Shown in pieces: positions 57,847-64,000 of a DNA stretch of 64,000 nucleotides. How positions within the stretch are numbered: the stretch's first letter is position 1; every line of letters begins with the position of its first letter. Where the stretch lies: NCBI GenBank assembly GCA_032718475.1, contig JAUCBJ010001577.1, forward strand, positions 24,121 to 88,120. Direction: 5' to 3'. The notes under the pieces are model-generated. The model ran no database searches. It was not told the origin of the DNA and saw only the letters and a program-made list of their open reading frames with translations. Source of the DNA: Nemertoderma westbladi. Lineage: Eukaryota > Animalia > Xenacoelomorpha. Position numbers and translations under genes: made by a program.

Positions 57847-59519
57847 ATGATACGTACCCCTAAACAAACCAGACCCGCTACATCTACGCTACGACCAAAC
57901 CATAATCCACAAGCGGAAGGTTCAACTATTGATCTGGAGGAGACAACCATTAGCCATGCCGGAAGTCACACCACAACCAGTAGCTCTACTCCAATTCTAC
58001 CCGCCTCCAATAATTCATCTCAATATTTTGAATTCAGCTCCTTTAGTCTACCGCAAGTCTCCCCAATTGACATCGCCACCATGGATGGGGTGAGAGATAT
58101 TAACGCTGGCCTAAATAATGATACAGTTGTCTTTAATACAGATTCTGCTAGTGGATACGGTAGGCCTATTACAACCAGTCAATATGACGACAACGTACCG
58201 GTACATACTACGGCTACTTCATCCCAAAATGAACTGTCGAATGCAGATCTATTCAACTTGATAGATAATCTAGGGAAAAGAATCGTAACTCTAGAACAAA
58301 CGCAACGGTACGATAGCGCCCTAATCGAACGTATGTCCAAAGAAATTGTAGAATTACAACAGAACAAAGAAAATAATTACACCACCTCATCGCCAATCTT
58401 TTCTCTTGCTGCTGGTCCTGATAAACCCACCGATCCCATCTTCAATCGATCACCACCCCCAGTTTCGATGGCAACGATCGATACAGTAGGTACCGGTAGC
58501 AGTGTTAACATAATTGATACACCGGAAGATAAAGAACCCGTAGCTACAAGTACCGGAAATATGGACGCATCCGTACATGTACAACCCGACGAGGCATTAG
58601 AGTCTATAACAAAGTCTGTTGATCATCCTACAACTGAACCACCATTTAAGGAAGTATCAAAACAGAGACAAACCAAGTGTACTACCTTGCTCATGATGGA
58701 TAGTAATAGGCGTTATATCAACACAACACGGGTCGACACCAATGCCAAAATGATGGTGACTCCGACTACCAAAGATATACTAATAAACATAGAAGTTGCT
58801 GCGAAGAAATACCCAAACATTAACCGTATATACATGCACTCGGGTACTAACGACATTGATACTAATGGAGGGGAACAACGCGTCGTACATAATATTACGA
58901 GGGCTATCGATCTTGCGAGGGAACACTGGGGGGCTGTCGAAATCGTTGTATCATCGATCTTACCCCGCCGTGACATAGATGTATACAGAATAAACGGCAG
59001 GTTACTAAGAATAGCACAACAGCGTAACATTGTATTCGCCCGACACCATGCGATATCAAGGATACACCTGATGATAAACATATTAAGGAGAGATTTATTC
59101 CGCTGCTTGGGAGATCGATCCGCTACCACCTGTTTGAGTTTCGGGCCGTTAACCCAAACAAAATCCAGCTGACGCGTTTCAATGGCCCCGTACCAACCTC
59201 TACAATGCCTTCACAGACACAAAGATCCACTCAACTCCCTACTGATCTTTATAGCCGTGTCGTTGAGAGACCTGGTTTGTTGCCACGACCTACACCTACT
59301 TCAGCGTCGGGTCGAGCGCAAGAGTCGTCAGTCATACCCGTGGCAAACCAGGTATCAACAACCATTGCGCGATCTGCCCTACTACCCACGCCATCACCAC
59401 CGCTCACTACCGTCAGACAAATGGCCGTACAGATTGATCCGCTCGCAAAGAAACGAGGTATGATATCGGCTCTAATAGACCTACTGCAAGTTATAAATCC
59501 AGATGATATACAGGGGTAA
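57847..59519 (+). pseudogene. LINE ORF1 with coiled coil and SGNH/GDSL-like esterase; one frameshift near 59070
   Basis: LMMDSN, MHSGTNDI and VSSILPR lie in 57847-59172. The expected DxxH motif (DDKH) starts at 59070 in the frame that runs open into 59205-59519. Confidence 0.75.
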
Positions 59520-59536
59520 ATATTAGGTCCAAACTA

Positions 59537-60649
59537 ATGAGTACCACTTTTTTTTTTTTATTCGCACTAATAACATTCAAGTACCTTCTACTTGATTTTA
59601 TCTGGTTTGTATCGTTAGCCCTACTGTATTTCAAATTATGCTTAACTCTGAAGGCAAATTCTTTGCGTAATACCCATTTGGGTTTTAACTTCCGATCGAA
59701 TATATATAATATTTACAGGGTTTTTATGTTCAATATATTACTAAGCCTATATATCATGTATATCGTAGTTATGTCAAAGTTCAGCGGGCTGAGCACGATA
59801 ATGTATTTTTTCACACGCAATTCACTAGTCCTAATAAATTGTGCAATTTATTCAATAATGAAATGCTTCTATTTGATATATTTTTATTTGAACAATATTG
59901 TTAAACATATGCATGGAATAGCCAAGGCCAGGCTCAGTGGGTTGTGTCTATGTTTATGCATATTGGTAAAACAAATATGTGACAGTCATTTTTTGCGCAG
60001 CAAAACAACTACAGCCCCCCAACCCCGACTGAACCTCCTCAGCAGACGACAAAGACAGAATAAGTATAATAGACTACCCTTACATCAAAATAAAACTTCA
60101 CGAAGACAAAATCTTAAATTCAATATCACCTGTTCCAGTGGTTATACTTTACTTCTAATAATATCATTGTATAGCAAGATTTCAACAAATCAATCTCTCG
60201 AGTTATTCATTCAGAAATATATTTTCATATTTTTTCTAGCTTTGCCTTTTTTAATAATTTCAATATCCCTTTTTGTTTCCTGTAATAATACTAGGCCAGC
60301 ACTTTCAAACAATTTTAATTTAACTCTTGCTATTATGTATAACGCAGTGTGGTGGAATTCATTGACATATTCAAACAATTCTAAGGGATCACTCACATAT
60401 CAAATTTTAAAAAAAATATACAAAACATACAGAACTCATAGAGCATATATTAACACAACTCAGGCAACCAAACTGATACTGTACATTGCATACTTATATA
60501 TAACCTCCGGCATCGACACACTAATTATAATTAGCCTAACAATTAACATTATGTTACTAAAATGTGGTGACGTTCACCCAAATCCAGGGCCTGCAATATT
60601 GCCTCAAGGCCGTTATGGAGCAACATGTACCAATTACGCCAGTATCTAG
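59537..60649 (+). CDS. Hydrophobic N-terminal extension of ORF2 ending in a 2A-like peptide
   Basis: 370 open codons in AT-rich DNA, several long hydrophobic stretches, and LLKCGDVHPNPGP at 60554-60592. Confidence 0.6.
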   Translation: MSTTFFFLFALITFKYLLLDFIWFVSLALLYFKLCLTLKANSLRNTHLGFNFRSNIYNIYRVFMFNILLSLYIMYIVVMSKFSGLSTIMYFFTRNSLVLINCAIYSIMKCFYLIYFYLNNIVKHMHGIAKARLSGLCLCLCILVKQICDSHFLRSKTTTAPQPRLNLLSRRQRQNKYNRLPLHQNKTSRRQNLKFNITCSSGYTLLLIISLYSKISTNQSLELFIQKYIFIFFLALPFLIISISLFVSCNNTRPALSNNFNLTLAIMYNAVWWNSLTYSNNSKGSLTYQILKKIYKTYRTHRAYINTTQATKLILYIAYLYITSGIDTLIIISLTINIMLLKCGDVHPNPGPAILPQGRYGATCTNYASI

Positions 60650-61752
60650 TCAATAATCCAAACGAACTAAAATTTATTCATATTAACGCTTTAAGTCACG
60701 TGAAACACTACAATGATATTAAAGACCTTCTTCAAACTGACCCCAAAAAAGCGACTAACACAATAATCAGTATATCGGAAACTTGGTTGAAACGCCACAT
60801 AGCATCAAAATCAATACAATTATCAGGTTACAACATTGAAAGGCAGGATAGGAGAAAGAAGAAAGGGGGAGGTGTCTTATTTTACATACCTAGTGGCATT
60901 AAATACAATACAAGGGGGGATATTAAATTAGGGAACAATAGCACTACAACGAATAATAATAAAAGCAATACAAGCAATTATAAGAAAGAAAATAAAAAAT
61001 ATGACTCATTGTGGATCAATATAGGCGATACTCTAGTAGGTGTATTCTACATACCACCACATGCTAATAATATTTGGGATGACCTGACCGAGGAAATGGA
61101 GAATGCTACCAATGCATCTCAAAATGTCCTTCTAATGGGTGATTTCAATGTTAATATTCAATCCACATATGACCCCCAATCAAAAAATAACTCTGCATAT
61201 TATAAAAACAAGCAATTCCTGGAAATACTAACGACATACAACTTACAAATCCTAAATACCGAGCACCCCACTAGATATAAAGCAAAAACCAGCTCTCTTA
61301 TAGACATGTTCATAACCACCTCAAATAATACAGATAACTATATTGAATGCAATACATTTCCGGCTGACTTTTCCGATCACGAATTTATAGTACTGAAATC
61401 CAAACAAGTAATTTCACAACCACCACAAAACACGAAACCAGTATATTCTACAGTTAAATTCCGCGATCTATCACATTTCAATGAATCTGATTTTCTTAAT
61501 GAAATTAGTAAAATTGACTGGACGAATAATTATTTTACAAGCAATGTAGATTACGTTTATGACAACTTCGAAAATAAATTAAATGAAATATATGATAAGC
61601 ATGCACCAATTAAAACTAAATGCATACGATCTAGCAATAATATCAAAAGCAACTTGCACAACATATCACTATGGTGGAACTCAGAACTATCATCCCTAAA
61701 TATTGAAAAACAGCAAAAATTAATAATTAAGGTGGAGACATTCAAAAAGTGA
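60625..61752 (+). CDS. APE-type endonuclease region of LINE ORF2 (frameshift fragment)
   Basis: HINA, ISETWL, DR..KGGGV, GVFYIPP, MGDFN, PTR, LIDMF and SDH motifs. Confidence 0.9.
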   Translation: MYQLRQYLVNNPNELKFIHINALSHVKHYNDIKDLLQTDPKKATNTIISISETWLKRHIASKSIQLSGYNIERQDRRKKKGGGVLFYIPSGIKYNTRGDIKLGNNSTTTNNNKSNTSNYKKENKKYDSLWINIGDTLVGVFYIPPHANNIWDDLTEEMENATNASQNVLLMGDFNVNIQSTYDPQSKNNSAYYKNKQFLEILTTYNLQILNTEHPTRYKAKTSSLIDMFITTSNNTDNYIECNTFPADFSDHEFIVLKSKQVISQPPQNTKPVYSTVKFRDLSHFNESDFLNEISKIDWTNNYFTSNVDYVYDNFENKLNEIYDKHAPIKTKCIRSSNNIKSNLHNISLWWNSELSSLNIEKQQKLIIKVETFKK

Positions 61753-61972
61753 AAGTGACTTTGCAGACTATAAAACAATTCGAAATAAATTTAACTCACT
61801 AAATAAAAACCTAAAGAATAAATATATAAAATCAAAACTAAATGATGCAACTGCAATAAAAGACAAATGGGCAATATTAAATAAAATCACTAATAATAAT
61901 AAAAAAACCGAGCAAACTATATCGTCCTTAATTAATCACGCAACAGGCTCTATTATTTATAACATATTACCA

Positions 61973-63652
61973 ATGGCGAACCTACTTAATGACACATATC
62001 TAAATCTGGGTAACTTTCAAAGCACTGGCTATATAAAAAGACATTGTACTGTTCACTCTAGTTTCAGCTTTAAGAACGTAACCGAATTAGAAATATTTGA
62101 AATAATATCTAAAATAAACACAAATAAACCAACTGGTCCGTCAATATTAAGTCCAAAATTAATAAAACTAATTGCACCGTATATTACCATACCACTAACT
62201 CACATCACAAACTTATGCCTAACGTCAAGCACTTTTCCTTCTCGGCTAAAATCAACCTTTATTACTCCTGTATTCAAAAAAGGGTCTCGAGATGAACCAT
62301 CTAATTATAGACCTATTTCTGTCACATCAACATTCGAAAAAATAATTGAAACAGTCATATATCACCAAATTACAAAATATCTACACAACAATAAAATACT
62401 ACAAAGTAAGCAATTTGGTTTCAGAAAAGGGTATTCTACAGCAGACGCCGTTTTATTTGCAACCGAGTCTTGGAAACGCGAACTTAACGAAAAAAAATAT
62501 ATTGCTATTGGAGTACTAGATCTCTCTAAAGCTTTCAACTCCCTCCAGCACGACATTCTCCTAGATAAATTAATAGAAATTGGATTCCAATCGAATGCTG
62601 TTGCACTTATTAAAAGTTATCTTCTCGACCGCCCGCAAGCTGTAAAATTAAGCAAAATGTTCTCAGACTGGAAAATTTGCAATAGGGGTATACCACAGGG
62701 CACCAAACTTGGACCATTATTGTTTTTAATATATGTCAATGACTTTGCAAATCAAATAAATTTGGAAACAATCCAATATGCCGATGACACTCTTATATAT
62801 TGCTCGCACCCAAATGCACATACTGCAGTAAAACAACTAAACAATCAAATCACATATATTAGCCAGCTATTCGCAACACTAGGTATGAAATTAAACTCAA
62901 ATAAAACAGAACTTCTTGTTATATCCCCATTAAAGAGAACAGACGAATTAAATAATCTACATCTTGTGCTTAATAATGACATAATTAAACAATCAACCAC
63001 AATTAAATATTTAGGCATCATCATAGATAACAGATTATCATGGAAGGACCAAATAAAAACTACTACATCGAAAATGGCAGCGGCCACATCCACAATACGC
63101 CAAATAAAAGGACAATTGCCAATCTCTACGAAATTAATGTTATACAAAGCTCTAGTCATGCCGTACCATAACTACTGTAGTATCTTAACAGCGACATATA
63201 ATAATACTCACGGATATAAGGAACTACTGTACAAAATGGATAAGATTCAAAATTACGCACTTAGGCTAATCTATAACAAAAAAATACGAGAAACTTCAGG
63301 AACAGAACTAAGACAATTAGCTAGGATCCCGCACCTTAACGCACTGAGAGAATACCACGCAATACAATATTTCTATAAATACATGTTCAACATTATCCCA
63401 GCATTTAAATCATTAAAACTCCCGTTCATCAATCAAATATCACTATCTAATAGGCAAATAAATCCACGAACTAAAAAAATAAAAGTTCCAAAAACAACAA
63501 ACAGATTTGGTCACAACTCTTTTATTGTCACATGCATAAAATCATGGAACAATTTACCTAATAACATTCGTAAATTTGCACTCAATAATAATTTTTTATC
63601 ACTATTGGAAAATTACTACATAACACAATATGAAAGAAAAGCAGTAACATAA
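61973..63652 (+). CDS. Reverse transcriptase region of LINE ORF2 (frameshift fragment)
   Basis: PVFKKG, NYRPIS, QFGFR, LDLSKAF, GIPQGTKLGPLLF, QYADD, KYLG and WNNLP motifs. Confidence 0.93.
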   Translation: MANLLNDTYLNLGNFQSTGYIKRHCTVHSSFSFKNVTELEIFEIISKINTNKPTGPSILSPKLIKLIAPYITIPLTHITNLCLTSSTFPSRLKSTFITPVFKKGSRDEPSNYRPISVTSTFEKIIETVIYHQITKYLHNNKILQSKQFGFRKGYSTADAVLFATESWKRELNEKKYIAIGVLDLSKAFNSLQHDILLDKLIEIGFQSNAVALIKSYLLDRPQAVKLSKMFSDWKICNRGIPQGTKLGPLLFLIYVNDFANQINLETIQYADDTLIYCSHPNAHTAVKQLNNQITYISQLFATLGMKLNSNKTELLVISPLKRTDELNNLHLVLNNDIIKQSTTIKYLGIIIDNRLSWKDQIKTTTSKMAAATSTIRQIKGQLPISTKLMLYKALVMPYHNYCSILTATYNNTHGYKELLYKMDKIQNYALRLIYNKKIRETSGTELRQLARIPHLNALREYHAIQYFYKYMFNIIPAFKSLKLPFINQISLSNRQINPRTKKIKVPKTTNRFGHNSFIVTCIKSWNNLPNNIRKFALNNNFLSLLENYYITQYERKAVT

Positions 63653-64000
63653 TCACTTAACTATACATTATTATAAAAGTCAGGCTATAAAAGAAGGGAA
63701 GGGGGGGGGGTGGGGTGGGGGGGGGGGGGGGGCAAGTATGTAAGGTGCTTGTAATTTTTCGTGTTATTTTATCTATACTGTGTATTGATATTTAAGTATG
63801 GAGTATGTGGATATTGGTTTTATTTATGCATGGTATGTGTGGGGTGTGCGGAAGTGCATGTTTATGCATGTGATGGGCTTGATAATACGGGTTGATAATG
63901 CGATAGTACGTTAATAGTTTATGTATGGCTGAGCCTGGCCCATGCACGTAGTTTTATTTAACCATACACCATACAACTTTAGTTAACTAAGTACGGTTGT

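Larger units (their letters stand above)
57800..64000 (+). mobile_element. Near-full-length CR1/L2-group non-LTR retrotransposon with at least three frameshifts
   Basis: Co-linear ORF1 (coiled coil plus esterase), hydrophobic leader with a 2A-like motif, APE endonuclease, RT and a G-rich 3' UTR. The ends are not resolved. Confidence 0.88.

Overview
AT-rich, repeat-dominated eukaryotic DNA, probably from an invertebrate; I see no convincing host gene. Bases 1-43670 are a head-to-tail array of about 20 non-autonomous rolling-circle (Helitron/Helentron-like) elements on the minus strand. Each runs 5'-TT + subterminal inverted repeat/hairpin + CAGY microsatellite + conserved core + variable interior + partner repeat + GC hairpin + CTAG-3'. 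Two families have different terminal sequences but identical geometry, and their ends always occur as matched pairs. One family-2 element (28850-34756) sits at an A|T site inside a family-1 unit. It carries an intact 4.4-kb CRE-like non-LTR retrotransposon (1273 aa: Ulp1-like protease, Zn finger, RT, restriction-like endonuclease) with an 11-bp target-site duplication next to the element's 5' hairpin. The remaining 20 kb holds MITE-like elements, a decayed L2/Crack-like LINE, a tyrosine-recombinase remnant, minisatellites, and a near-full-length frameshifted CR1/L2-type LINE with an esterase ORF1 and a 2A-like peptide. Family assignments come from motif recognition only, and coordinates were counted by eye.
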